Source: Raillietiella orientalis (lineage: Eukaryota). Taken from it: DNA of 64,000 bases. This document shows, piece after piece, positions 23,550 to 36,199 of the stretch. The position numbers were made by a program, and so were the translations under genes. Within the stretch, counting starts at the first letter, position 1. Each line of letters opens with the position of its first letter. The stretch covers positions 434,001-498,000 of the forward strand of contig JAYWIR010000031.1 of assembly GCA_036172245.1 (NCBI GenBank), written 5' to 3'. The notes beneath the pieces are model-generated. The model searched no databases. It saw only the letters and a program-made list of their open reading frames with translations, and was not told the DNA's origin.

Positions 23550-24760
23550 GTTCGTGTCTATGTTCTGGGTCAGTAGGGGCGCCTTACGAGGAACGGGGTG
23601 AACTGGCCTCGCTCTCTCCAAAGCGGACATTAAACTGTATACGCTGGGTGGTCAAGTGGAAGGTGTACCAGAGCTTCCGTACCTCTGCTTGTGACTCACA
23701 CGCACTGCCTCGTCGCGGGCGAAGACGGATGGTTTGCTTTGGAACCGTTCTGCCCTACCAGCAGCAGTTTCTCGACCCTACTAGGGAGACTACCAAAAGG
23801 CGGAGACTTTCTATAAGCGGAATATTGCAGCAGTAGTGCGGGTAAACCGAAGTACAACTCAGAAGATGGAGAATGCGACCAGCATAATGCTGCGGAGGAT
23901 ATTCGGAAACGCGGGCACGCAGAGAAGGACCAGATAAGTAACACGCGGTTCTCAGTTGACTCGAAGGATTTGCATACCAATTGCAATGGAATCCCAGCAG
24001 GAGAGAAATCCCCCATAAAGAGAGGTGCCAAAGTCAAAAACTGCTTTGTCTCTCTTTTGAAAAGTCTTTGCCTGCATCTTCACCTGCTGCAATTTCGAGA
24101 GCACGAAGTGCATCTGCATCGACTGGAAACTTTGGGAGATGAACAAAGCGATCACTAAAAAGGAGTGACGAACAGAAAAGATTAAAACATCACCAACGGA
24201 CTTGAATTTCTTCGATTTCCAACTGAAAAAAAGGAAAGGAAAAAAAAGAAAGAAAGAAGATATGATGTTTTTTTTTTGGAAGGCACGAATGTTGGGGTGT
24301 GCGGAGGCCCGCAGCGCTGAATCAGGAAGGCCTGCTAGTAGCCACAGTAGCTGGGAATGGGAATGGAGTCGCCAAAGATCAGCATCCACTTCGAACCAGC
24401 ACGAAACTTTGGCTTACTCTGCATTCGTTCTTGTCCTCGAATCCAAAGCCAACTGCCTGCAACGTCGAAATCATGGCGCCGGAATAAGAAACTGCAGATG
24501 CCGAATAATATGCCGAACCGTTTTCCTTTTGCGTCATGTATCACTTAAAGCGGCCTCGTTAGGAGATCCACAGATTTCGTCTTTTTTTTTTCTTTTGGAT
24601 CCACTCGCGGTGAGACCACTCGATCGTTGAAGCAAAATTGCGGAAGTACTTGCTGAGGAATACCTTTGCATAGGAGCTGCTCATATCAGAGCCGCTCCAA
24701 CCAGTGCAGAGTTCCAGCTGGATTATCCTCCTTAATGCATTCAGGTTCTTTCAGCCATCT
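23550..24760 (+). pseudogene. Highly decayed Ty3/gypsy pol remnant (protease/RT/RNase H traces)
   Basis: Collinear degenerate peptides: LSKADIKLYTLGG, SSPAA, WEWS...AFVL, MPNNMPNRFPFASCIT (cf. ERPIAFASRTL) and SWIILLNAF (cf. RWALLL.AY). There are many stops and frameshifts. Confidence 0.45.
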
Positions 24761-25929
24761 TTTTTGCTTAGCTTTGATTATCGTTTATTTAATGAGCGAT
24801 GCATGAATCCAATATTCGGGAAAATACGACTCGCTTTCGATAAGGCAAAAGACCCATGAGGAGTCGGATTGGATTTGGATAGCTCCTATGAAAGACAATA
24901 AAAAGCCCCCATCCTACTCGGTTGGCTCCTTAGTAGCCACCCTCCAGATTAGCTTCCAATTTGAGTCGGACCGAACGGCCGGAAAGCTAAAAGATGCTCT
25001 GTGAGGCGTGCACGTGGTGGGAAAACTTGGACCGCTCGCAACGTGATGTCGCACCCAACTGGTGGTTCAACCATAGCTTGCCTTTCACTTAACGATAATG
25101 GACGATAGATTATTTGATGACAGTTTAATCTCGTAAGCGCGCTGAGCGACTTCCCCAACTTCCTCGTGGTTGTTTTCCATCAGCCGCCGAGGTTCCCCTT
25201 AACAGACCAATATCATTTTCCTTAACTCACTTTTACCGTTGCGCGTGTTCCCGCCGATATCCCAGAACCTGGTCTGATGATTCCGAACTTTTGCCATGCA
25301 TCGAAGCTGCCCAAATAATTTTTTGCATTTCGACATGTTTTCCTCAATTTCTGCGAGCCTGCACGCTAGGGATGGAGATGGGAACAAGACCACAAAGACG
25401 ATCAAAGTCACAAGTTTTCTGAACGTTCTTTCCTTTTCAGCTTCCATTTCTCAAACCGCTTTTTCTTTTTCTTTCAAACATAAAATCATCTCGGACTTAT
25501 TGATTTCGTTTTTTGTTTTTTTCTCGAGGGTACTCGAAGGAGTTTTCGAGATTTGAGAGCTTCAAGTTCCCGAGGCTCAGCACACACTTCCACAGCAACT
25601 CCACTTGCACGATCCTAGTTCTTCCTGTTCCCGCAACTTCTACTCCAATTCTTAAACGAGATCTCATCAAACTTCATGAACGGGGCCTCTCTCACATGTT
25701 CAGGAGGAGGTAGGCTTCCTTTTTTTTTTTTTTTTTTTTTCCCAACTTCAACGACCTGCCATAATTAAAATGGCGATCGAGTCGTCAGGCAGATTCACTT
25801 AGAGGGCACCGCAGCATTTCACTTTCTTGCAATTCAAACTGAAAGTGCACCCTTAACCTCCTCACAGGACGTTTATCTGAAACGCTCGGCTACGGAATGA
25901 GACGCCATCATTTACACGAGTGCTCTGTC

Positions 25930-26560
25930 TCAGCAATCTTTCCTGTGACGCTGTCTGCGGAGAGAAATTTCGGAAGCATGATGCAGAGATAATACTAGAC
26001 TAAGCTGTAGTAGACACATGGAAAGCATTTCTTGATGCCGAAGTCTCATTTCGTTCCTGGCGAGCAGGTTTTCAATCTTTTCAGGCTTCCTCATCGTTAA
26101 GAACAGTGTGTGATGGAGCTGTGCGCATATCCTAGCAACTGTGCGGAGACAGTGTGCGACTTCTAGAAGGTGCTGGAAGCGTTTTCGAAATGCCTCGTCT
26201 TGCAAATGGTTCGTTCGCAGGCTCGGGATGGTGTTCGACGGTGCAGTATCAGGACAGAGTGCTTCCGGGCGCATCCATCTCGTCGTGGAAATGGAAAAGT
26301 AGCAACGTATGTGGGTAACCCTGTATCCATATCAAGCGGCACATCATCTTCGCCTTGTGACTTTTTTGACATCATGCCGAGCTGAGGTCACCATGGCTTT
26401 CGCACATCTAGATGGTTTTCTGCCTCTTCTGGTTTTCCTGTTTCCACATTCGTAGACGAACAAGAAGAATACCTTCGCTCTACAGCGAGTGTTTCGATCC
26501 GTGTTGCTAGAAGGACTGCTACGTCTATCGTCTGTAAAGACCACGTGAGCAGTCGCTGAA
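25930..26560 (-). pseudogene. Decayed Ty3/gypsy gag-protease remnant
   Basis: VPLDMDTG (aspartic protease DTG) follows a degenerate CRAK knuckle-like region and precedes NLLARN (cf. NLLGRD). Confidence 0.4.
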
Positions 26561-29399
26561 AAGCCACCTGTTTCCACTGCCTGACACAGATTTTCTCCTT
26601 CTCTTCCTAGAATACAAATGAATAATTGTCTATTCTGAACTCGAATTGAACGCCTAAATCCATCTTTTTGGATTACTCGTACTTTCCGAAATCAAATACT
26701 GGTGCTGTGCTCTGCACAATATCCATTTGATTTTGCATTCCTTTCCAGGAAGATGGCGAACTCTTCCATCTATGCTGGTCTTGTTGCTTGCTTGCCTTCA
26801 TTGAGAAATGAGTTGCATTCTTATCTCCGAAGGATACCCAAGAATTTTTCGGCTACCGTGCAAACAGATGAGGAGCCATTCAGATGCTTCAAATGGACCA
26901 TATACGTTTATATCAGGAAGAAATGGTGTCTGGCTGGATACAAAACAAGACCTTTAATTTCCTGCCGAACAAATAATGGACATATCAAAGTATCTAATGG
27001 ACGTGTCCTTTCGCATCTCTGCATGGAAGCGCCAGTTATCTGCTGCTCACTGTATTCACAAACAATACATCTCTCATCCAAAAAAAAAAAAAAAAAAGAC
27101 ACTCGGAAACGAATTAGTTTCGAGATTCCGATATTTTTACATATTCTGCCAAACTTCTCATGCCATACGGTTCTTCTGATGATTCCGATGTTTGCGTGTC
27201 CGCATTGATTTTCCTATTTACTAGCAGTGGAACTGAGGAACTGAAAGGTGAAACTCGGCAAAGAAGGATTTGCAGGTTTGTATCACCCCCCAAATTACTG
27301 CGAAGTCTTCTTTTTTCTTTCCTTTTTTCTTTTTTACCCCGATCTAAGTGGGAGCAGAATTCAACATTTTCGTATTGCAATGATTGGTGGTCACCCCACG
27401 GTACTTTTAATAGTGCTTTTAGCCCTTTGAGTGCTATGGACGCATAGATGGGTTCGTAGAAAATTACCGGCGTGGAATATGGACTCACATGTGCGTTCGG
27501 CAAATGTCTTTTTTACCGTACTCTCGCGACGTAAGTCAACACTAAACATTCGTGTTTGGGATGGGCACATATATACTTGCGTTCTTATAAAATTACCCTT
27601 AGCAGCGACAGTAAGCAACATTCTGTCTGTATAGGCCAAGTATGCTCGGTTTTTCAGAGAATCTCTGGAAAACCAAGAATTCTATTTAGTATGGTATAAA
27701 TAAACAGTTGCAGCAGTTACTTCATCAGCACTTTATGTAGTCAATGGGTACCTCGATCGGCACGCGAGATAGCATTCCGTCCACAGAGGTCGTCAACGCA
27801 GAAGCTTCCAATGTGATGACCTCCGCACCCAAATGGTTAACAGTGACTTGGAGGAAGCAACTATTAAGAGCCGTTTAATAGTCTCTGGAAGGACAAGGTG
27901 AAAATGAAGAGACGTAACAAGTGCGCACTCCAAAGCACGCAAAAAACTGGACTGCTTTAGCTGTGAGTTTTATAGTACTGGAAACGATGAGAAAACGCTA
28001 TGGTTACGTGCCTGCTCGCCAGGGCTTTAATGACTACAGGAGGTTTGGAATTCCACAAGAGATGGACCTCCGAAAACGTCTACGACAAATCGCAAAACTT
28101 TCCTAATGGAGTCCTTTTTTTATATCAAAAAGAAAAAAGAAGGAAAGCGCATTGCTTTGAAATAGCTGAGGATAAGGTTAATGTACAGTTGAAACTTCCG
28201 TTTTTAACATTTACAGTTGATGACGGTTACTTAATTTATTACCGGAAATTGAACCGAGGAAAGTTATCTTTGTGTCCCGGGATCTTTCATTTCAATTTCG
28301 CACTCGTGGCTTATCGTTGTCTTGCCTCAAAACGTTCCAACCAAACGACTGTTATCGGAACTGCTGTTTCCAAGCGAACAGTCACACGGGAGGATTCAGC
28401 GGATGTTAATGCGATGGAAGGAGCCTTTCTCCAGTAAAAAGCTCCCACTTTTGCCTTTCGAGGAACACAGGAAACACCTGTGCTTTTTGAATAGGAGACA
28501 GGGAAAGTAGGAATTTTTCCGGTTATACCTCGTCAGAAATTCGCGGGCTGGGAGGAAAGTTTGGCAACGGAATTCATCTTCCTTTCCTACAATGACGGTG
28601 GAGATAGAGGAGCCTGGAGCGGAGAGCAGACAGCAGCTTTCAATCATCCTAACGACGTACTTCTTGCACACTGTAAGTACGCGCCGTTTCCATTCTCAGA
28701 CTTCTTCTGTCGGTTTCCCTCGGAAGACACAAAACCGTTTCAAAAGCGAGGATGTTCAACAAAGTGGGCAGCTGAAATCATGATCCACAATATCAAAATC
28801 TCCAGCGGCAGTTGGCGGCACCGCTAAAGCACACCGTCCAAAATCTCGCTCCAGCATTCTTGTGCTCAAGAGTCCAACAGTGAAAGCAGAAGAGCTGCTC
28901 CTCCTCGTTTTGAGAAATTTCTCGAGCTAGCGGCGTGCTCTTCTGCCAAGTATCCCGCATGGAAACGCGCACCTTGCAGCTTCACGATGGATAGATCGGG
29001 TTACTGAGACGCCTATGAAGGTGGCCCCTGGACACATTCAAAACAGCAGCCCACGAAATACATCGAAGTTTAGCAGTGGTTGGGATGGCTCTAGGCGATC
29101 CTTGCAAGGCTGATCCTGCAGTAGATACCCAAATCAGAAAACTCTCGAAACGAAGAGGAAGTGGAACAAATCGAAACCTTCTAGTGAGGAAGTGCGGGCA
29201 GTACCTACACTTTCGCGAGGTTTCCCCGAGATCAAGTTGCAGAGCGTTCAAGGGGGAGTGCTGTCTATTCTATTGCCTCAACTTTGCTTTTCCGCTCTGA
29301 TCACGCTGGAGCTTGTGGTTTCTTCTTTCTTTCCTCCATCCCTGAATTTCTTCTTCGAACGTCACCCGTCATGAAACCGCTCCTTGAACCCACTCCTCC

Positions 29400-29660
29400 G
29401 AAGTGAACCCTGAAGGGACGCTTTCAGATTTTCCTAAAGGGCGCTGCCCGAAGGCAGCGGTGCGCTTCTGGACACTGGAGAGTCGAATCCCCCGAGGAGG
29501 GCATCAACCAGCTCCATGGTACGCCTCCATTTTCGCAACCGGAGGGGAATCTCGAAGGACACCTTGGTTCCCGGAAGGACCACGGAGGGTCGACTTCCAA
29601 TCCCTGCCGGTCAAAGAAGGCATCCGGTTTCCGGCTTGCACCAGTGCTGCCGAACCAGAA
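29400..29660 (+). mobile_element. Family-2 Tx1-like 5'-region fragment
   Basis: Aligns by eye to 13120-13400 (e.g. ATCAACCAGCTCCAyGGTACGC and GGTTTCCGGCTTsCACCAGTGC). Confidence 0.75.
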
Positions 29661-30650
29661 TAGGGAACCAGCGCGATCCCGCGGGGTGCATTCGAAACTC
29701 ACGGAGCACGACGGCGACCTCGCTTTTCGTAGCAGCCGAAGCGCCGGTTCGTAAATTGTGGGCTCTCGAGTCCCTCGCTCTGCAGATTCACTCGAAGCCG
29801 CAGCCTCATCTTTCTGACATCTGAAAGAGAAGTTGAAACCTGCTTTCTCGCGCCAACAGGTAGAGCATTCTATCGCGGCTGCCTGCCTACAAGCAGCCTT
29901 GCGTTGATTCACAGAATGGCGGCTGCGGACCCATCTATCTATCTATGCGTGTATGTGTTTGTTTGCTTGTGTGTGAGACTCCTCCCTCACCCAACAACTG
30001 CAAGGAGCAACCGATAGTAGCACATCTTTTCATTCCACCGACTGGGACCAAGGACGGTAGCAGTGATTGATCTTTAGAAGAACGAGCTGCTCTTTGGTCC
30101 ATCGGCAACCTCTATAGACCCAGACGAATCCAATTGCAAAGTCCTAAAATTTGAAGACGGGTTGCTCCGTTTACAGATACTGACGATCAGTCATGAGCAG
30201 ATGGCTACCTTCGAATAAAACGCCAGCAGAACTCACAGCAGCACGTATAGCTCCAGCCTCAAACCCGTGATTTTCCTCCAACGCTCAGGACGTGATCTTT
30301 TATCTGAAATAACAGGTTTCCTGCTGCCTGCATAGGTAGCTGCTTTCGGGACCCCCGAAGTTGATTTCATTGAGAGACGCAGTGACCGGTTCGGAAACGC
30401 CGCGCAGTGAGAATCTTTCAGCATCTCGCCATCATCCTCTCTTTGTCGGTCGTGCTTCAAGGAGACAGGTATCCTCTGGAGGAGCTCATGCCGGACTCGC
30501 TGCTGTGACTTCCCTGATGCGTCACCGCATGGGAAGCAAAGATGCACTCCCGAAAGAAATCAGTTCCCTTGGAAGATGAGACGAGGGAGTCTAGGGGATG
30601 TGTGCCAAAACCAAAGTCAGGCTGACCGACATCAACCCCGCAAGGATGTA

Positions 30651-30830
30651 GGGCCGCTTTGGCGGTTGTCCGACTGCGGTCTCCGCGCGTGGCGCCATGT
30701 GTTGCGGGTTCGAAACCCACCTGGGGAAGGGTCGACTCCGACAAATTGGAACCGCGTCTGGGTTTCGATTCCTCCCCGCAGGACGATGCTGAATGGCCTA
30801 TTCGGGTGCGGCGGCATCAGTGGACACCCG
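30651..30830 (+). mobile_element. tRNA-derived (SINE-head-like) unit, copy 2
   Basis: GGGCCGCTTTGGCGG... start, T-arm GCGGGTTCGAAACCCAC (B-box 30707-30717) and a second B-box-like TGGGTTTCGATTCC. Homologous to copies 1 and 3. Confidence 0.7.
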
Positions 30831-32500
30831 GTCATGCCGGGCGTTTATTTATAAAATCAACATACATGTCTGTGTCAGGACATTTGATCCTGCCACGTTA
30901 CTTACAAATACAAGAAGGAACCTGCCGGGAACTGGCATGCAGGCCAGCGGATTTCACTTTGGCAGCAGAGGGAAAGGAAGACTAAGGAGAAACAGAAAAC
31001 GAAAAATTCAGTCAAAGAATGGGGGATTCGGGAAGGGATGACCGTGTTCTGGAGAATGTCCTCTGCATCCTTGTGAGGATGCCGGCAAGTTCCCGTTTCA
31101 AGACTCCCAGATGAGGCCATCTTGACGCTGTCCTCATGAAGAGGACAGCAAATTAGATGGCGTCCCTGTCGTTCCGGCCTCCTCTGGCGTTGCTCTATGC
31201 AGCCACAATCCCGCCGCGTGGGCAACAGAGTGTTGCTATTGATGCTGCCGGCGTGAGCACGTCGCGCAGGAAGAGGCGCTTTCAAACGTCTCTGGCGTTG
31301 CCTCCGGGGGTTCCAAGAGTCCCGAAAAAGCGTCCTCAAAGGGGCCAGAGGGCAACACAATCCTCTAGGATGTGTAAGAGGGATTCTCGCTCCCCGCACC
31401 TAGCACCGTTTGGATCCACACACCCGTGTCCAATGATGCCAGCGGGAGTTGCGCAGGAGGCCCCAGTGCAGCAGGATCAATGTTGACTCCTGACACTTCA
31501 AGGGGAGAGTGCGGGTGTTCATTAGCACCGAAGATCACTGCAGGTCTTCCTCCAGAATACCCAGTAGCACAACCCAGCGCAAAAGTTCACGAGGTCGAGC
31601 ACTCGGGGTCGCAGCATCGGGGAGCTGGCCCTTCGTTCACTAGCCCAGTCCTTTCCTCCTTCCGGAGATTTTCTCAGTGACCTCCCAGCTAGCCGTAAGG
31701 CTGCTGCCGGTCTCTGAGGGAGGGCAGCACGGCAGGGAGGGAGGTTCTGCTTCCCCACTCACTCTCCACGGCATCTTCCAGGATCTCCAGCTCAATTGTG
31801 CAGCTCAGCGTGCAGTTGGTGCACGCGTACAGGAAACGTCGCAAGTGTTCCGCGCTTCGTTCCTGGATCCTCTTCTACGTACGAACTCTTCCCAGCCAGG
31901 CACTACCGTTCGCGGGGCGGCACGGGATCCATCCGTTCTTCCTGGCCAGCGTGGCCACCTGCCGAAGGTGCAGTCCGCCGTGGATGAGACTGCATGGACG
32001 GTGCTCAAGGAAGGACGCGAGCCCCTCGCTTCCGGTGGCTTACTGAACGAGGATACGTGCAGACTGGAACCAGGTGGCGCTCCAAAATTTAGCCATGAGG
32101 GCCCATATACGAAACTGGGGCTGCAGCTACATCCGCTCCAACGTTAGAAGTCTAGGCCGCCGTTCCGACGCGGAGCACACAAGTCCTTTAGACGGACTCG
32201 GACCTCCCTTTGCCCAAGAGTGCGATCCGGCGGAGGTCCTTCCAGGAATCAAGGAGTCCTTCGAGGTTCCCCTCCAAAGAAGAAATTCCAGGAGGTGAAT
32301 CCTTCCCGGGTTCCCTTCGAGGAAGAAGCAGAGAGCAGTCCTTTTCCGGTGGATCCTTCCGGAGAGAACAAAGAGGAGGTTCCCTTCAGAGACAACCAGG
32401 GTGGAGGGCTCCCTCCCAAGAGCGAGAGGGACGGACTCCTTCCCCCGGAGCCTACCTGGGCTGCATCCTCGGAACCAGGGTGCAAGGTGCGGGGTCAACT
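30827..32500 (-). mobile_element. Family-2 Tx1-like internally deleted copy
   Basis: The reverse complement matches 13480-14080 and 43220-43760 (zinc-motif region and 3' UTR with AATAAA at 30844-30849). 32230-32480 matches the 12930-13120 5' region. An LRKSPEGGK remnant (cf. L..PKEEGG) is present. Confidence 0.8.
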
Positions 32501-35049
32501 AGGGTGCAAGGTGGCTGCCGCAATTCATTGTCCAACAACAGATGAAGCGAGCAGGTAGGAGGATATGAAAGGTGGTCTACTCCCGTTCTTTCAATCCAGC
32601 GGCACCTCTAAAAATCTCCCCGAAATAAGAAAAGTAAGGTAACTTTTTAAAGTGGTACTCTTGAACAGGAGTACGTGATTTTTGGGAATAGGAGGATGCC
32701 GCCACGGTGACATGGTCTCAAACACCGAGGTGTCATCTGGTTATTGAGAGCAGGCTAACAGCGGAAGGAGGAGCAGGGAGACACACCACACAAGTGGGAT
32801 TGTTTCGGATAAACAAGCCGTGATCGACGCGGCATCGGATGAAATGATCAGAACGAAATCCGAGATGCACACCCACTCATAAGAACCGGAGGAAGTCAGG
32901 AGGAGGAACAGAGGAGTAAGAGGAAAGGCGGAGGAGGAAGGGAAGAGGAGGAGCTGCTAATAGCTGCACAGGACCGACGGAATCTTTCAGACCGGGGAAC
33001 ATTCCATGTAGGGAACTTTCGACTCTCCCTGCATGGATCCGCAAGGGAAAAAGACAAACTCGGCCAACGAGCTATGCCTGGGAACACTGCAGATCACGAG
33101 TATCCGGATAAGCAGCATCAGAAGCTGATTGAGATAACATAAGAATGCATGTTCAGATGAGATTGGTGCGTCGCCATATTTCAGATACTTTTCCTCGATG
33201 GTAACCTGTTTCGACAGCCCTCGAGGGTCCGAAACGTCCCAGAGACCACGTGTTGTCACGAAAGTCCGCGATTCATGCGAATTATCAGCTCTGTTTCGAA
33301 AGTTCAAGATTCCATCGAGGTTTGGGAATGGTGCTTCGAGTCAGCTGCTCGGAATGCCGCAATGCCTATTGGACGTGAGAAATTCTGTAGGAGCGAATTC
33401 ATGTTCGAAAGTATCGCTGACAATCCTTTCAGATTTTCAGGCACGCAGAGGACCCGAGAATCTGAGAAAGAATTCGAATGCTTCAGAGGCCGAAAAGCAT
33501 GAAGCAACCGTCCTTTCTGAGGACCTGTGGTAGATGGAAAAGAGTTGCCCTAAGATTCATGATGGGGTGACTAAGGAGAGGTACGCGAAGAGGTTTGAAA
33601 ATGATTGGAATAATAATACATGGAGCGAGTCTCGAAAGGTTGATGAGGATGGAAACTAAGGCAATGGAAATCTTGACTGAGGGTGCACTTTGTGCGTGGA
33701 GGCTGCTGTTAGTAAGTTTTTGATAGCAATTTGACTGGATGAAGATAGGTTTGCATATTGATTGTGAGAGTCATCTAGGATGTGAAATCATAAATAAAGT
33801 GATTCTGCTTCAAAGTTCTTGCTAACGTCATGGAGGAATTCCTCCTTATGGATGGGAGTTTCGAAAATCATCGTCGCAAGTAATCGCGCGGAACCCTCGA
33901 GAAGTCATCCCAAAGCATGAGCTGCTCTTTTGCTTTGGCCAACAGATGCTGGTAGAGGAGAAGGCACAGAAATGAATGCACATTCATGTGCAAGGTTCTA
34001 GCCTGCTCTTGACTCTTCCACGTTCTCTGAAGCAGATTTCTCCAACACAATCACCAGGTTTCATAGGATGCAGATCAGGGGAACTGAAGATTTACTGTCT
34101 TTTCTCAACCTGGCTTCCAGTACTATTCGAATGCTGTGACCATCGGACTCACGTCGCAGTCCTCCTGTCTGCTTCTGTTTGCTGCTGGTCTCCTTCCTCC
34201 ATACCACGTCTCATACCAAGCTTCCAGTCTTTCCCCACTCAGTAATGAATTCCTGTGGTTTCTACTGTGGATCCTGTTCCAAGAAACGAATCTGTGGATT
34301 TCCCCGTTTTTCCCGTTGTGCTTCTCGACCACCGAGGAGTAACCACCCATGTTCAAGACAGTTGGATGGCGTCAGGTTTGAGAGATGGGAAGGGACGCAC
34401 TGGTGTGCCTCCCCATCGATGTCGTGTCAGTAGGTGCTGCTCGTTGATGGCTCGATCCTCGAAGCTCCAAGAGATTCAAGAAGAACGCCTCGTAGGATCG
34501 ACTGGATTCTCGGAAATCAGCAGGTGGAGTCAAGTGTGCTTTTTTGCATGGATGCTGCCACTAACTGCTGCAATGGCACTCATTTTTCTTCCCATCCTGC
34601 CGTTCTTCATGAAAGGAACAAAGCTTCCATGTGTGCACCTCACACGGACATTCCTCTCTTTAAAAGCTCCTTTCCCTGATCATGTCAGGTGCTTTGCAAG
34701 TTTGTCAGGCGGGGTCAAAGAGCCAGTATCTGGGGGAAGGTGAGCTAGACGAGTTGAAGGAGAGAGAGGGAAGAAGAAAGTAGTCATAGTAGTGTCAGAG
34801 GCAGGAGGGGAAAGAAGATGAGGAAGGAGGAAGAAGGGAGAAGAAGGAAGAGGAGGAAGAAGGGAAGAGGAGGAGGCGGAGGAAACGAAAAGAGAGGAAC
34901 TTCAAAATTGTGCTCGTCATTTCCTCCATCTCTCTGCATTTCAAAAGGAAACGAACGAACACACACAAAAAAAAGAAAAGATGGAAAGAGTTGAGGAAGA
35001 AACGAGAGGGTTCGTTGCACGATCAGCAGAACAAAGAGACCAAGAATGA

Positions 35050-35800
35050 CGAAGAGCGCAAAAGAGGAGAAAAGTGCAGGGATTCTTTGCAGGAAATCCG
35101 AGAGCGTGTTGCAGGCAGTGAATCAAACTCCGTGCGCTCGCGAAGAGAGTTGGTCGCCCAAAATCGATGTCGGGCCTCCTGCTGCTCAGCGGCAAGCACG
35201 GAAGGGGAGTCGGAGGGATGTCCCTTCCAGGAAAGTGCGTTTCTTTGGGACTGAAGGCTAGTTGAGCAGCTGAGAAGATGGGTGAGGAAGAAGCCCTTTC
35301 GGCAGCTTTCTTGGACCGGACGGAATGCAACATTTGGGTCTCACAAACCTCTGGAGGGAGTCTTGATTTCTTTCAGGGAGAGAAAGATGGGAAAGGTGTA
35401 GAGCGGCAAAAAGGGAGCTCCGGAAAGCGGTTCCAAGACAAAACAGAAGCAGGAATAACAATTCCCCGAAAATCAATAACGGCCGCGTTGTCTCTTCGTA
35501 GAGTTCATAACCAACAATGTTCCCAAGGAGGTGTTCGGCGTTCCAACACGGGAAACAGGAAAACTCTTAAAGGGATCGAAGAATTCAGAGCAGAAGAAGC
35601 GCTATGGAAGGCGGATGGGTCCATGGTTCCAAGGTGTCGCAACAGAATGTTGCGTCGGAGGGAACACCGGTTGAAAGCTCTTTCTTTTGGGGTGCGGAAT
35701 CTGTGGGGCGAGGAAATCCCAAAGCGACGAGCTCAGCATCTGGTGCAAATCATGAAATCCCAAGCCAAAAAGAGATGTCTGCATGCTTAAGACGGGGTGC
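35050..35800 (+). pseudogene. Decayed Ty3/gypsy integrase remnant
   Basis: CAREESWSPKIDV (cf. ALARSYVWWPKID), VFGVP and AQHLVQIMKSQAKK (cf. AERxVQTxK) occur in the expected order. Confidence 0.5.
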
Positions 35801-36199
35801 TTTTAGGCTGTCACACCTGACCCCTTGGCGTCTGGTTGCTTCACGGACCTTCGTTTGCTTCGGGGCGAAGCCGCACCCCGATTACGCAGAAGTCCAGTGA
35901 CCCTACTCTGCTCTGGGTTGGGGTGGTGGTGACACTCGGAAGGGGGGAAGCAAGAGTGATGACCCCGAACGGTTCGAAAGTTTGCGCGACTTCCGAAAGG
36001 CCCGCTGGGCCACAGGCGGAGGCGCGGCAGAAACGGCGAACTGTGGCGCCTCCGTTCATTCATTGTGGATGAGCCGACGATGAATTGAAATCGCAGCGCG
36101 AGGATCGGCACCTCTTTGAGGGGCGTCGTCGCAGACGTGAGGCAATTCCGATACCGAGGAAACTCCCAGGAGAGCACGGATTCGATTTTGGATCGAAAT

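Noticed and set aside
27900..29260. Possible further gypsy RNase H/integrase relic
   Set aside because: Only vague motif echoes (DFFCRFP, GPWTH).
32880..34750. Possible LTR-element gag (+) and RT (-) relics
   Set aside because: No intact diagnostic motif such as YxDD; too decayed to assign.
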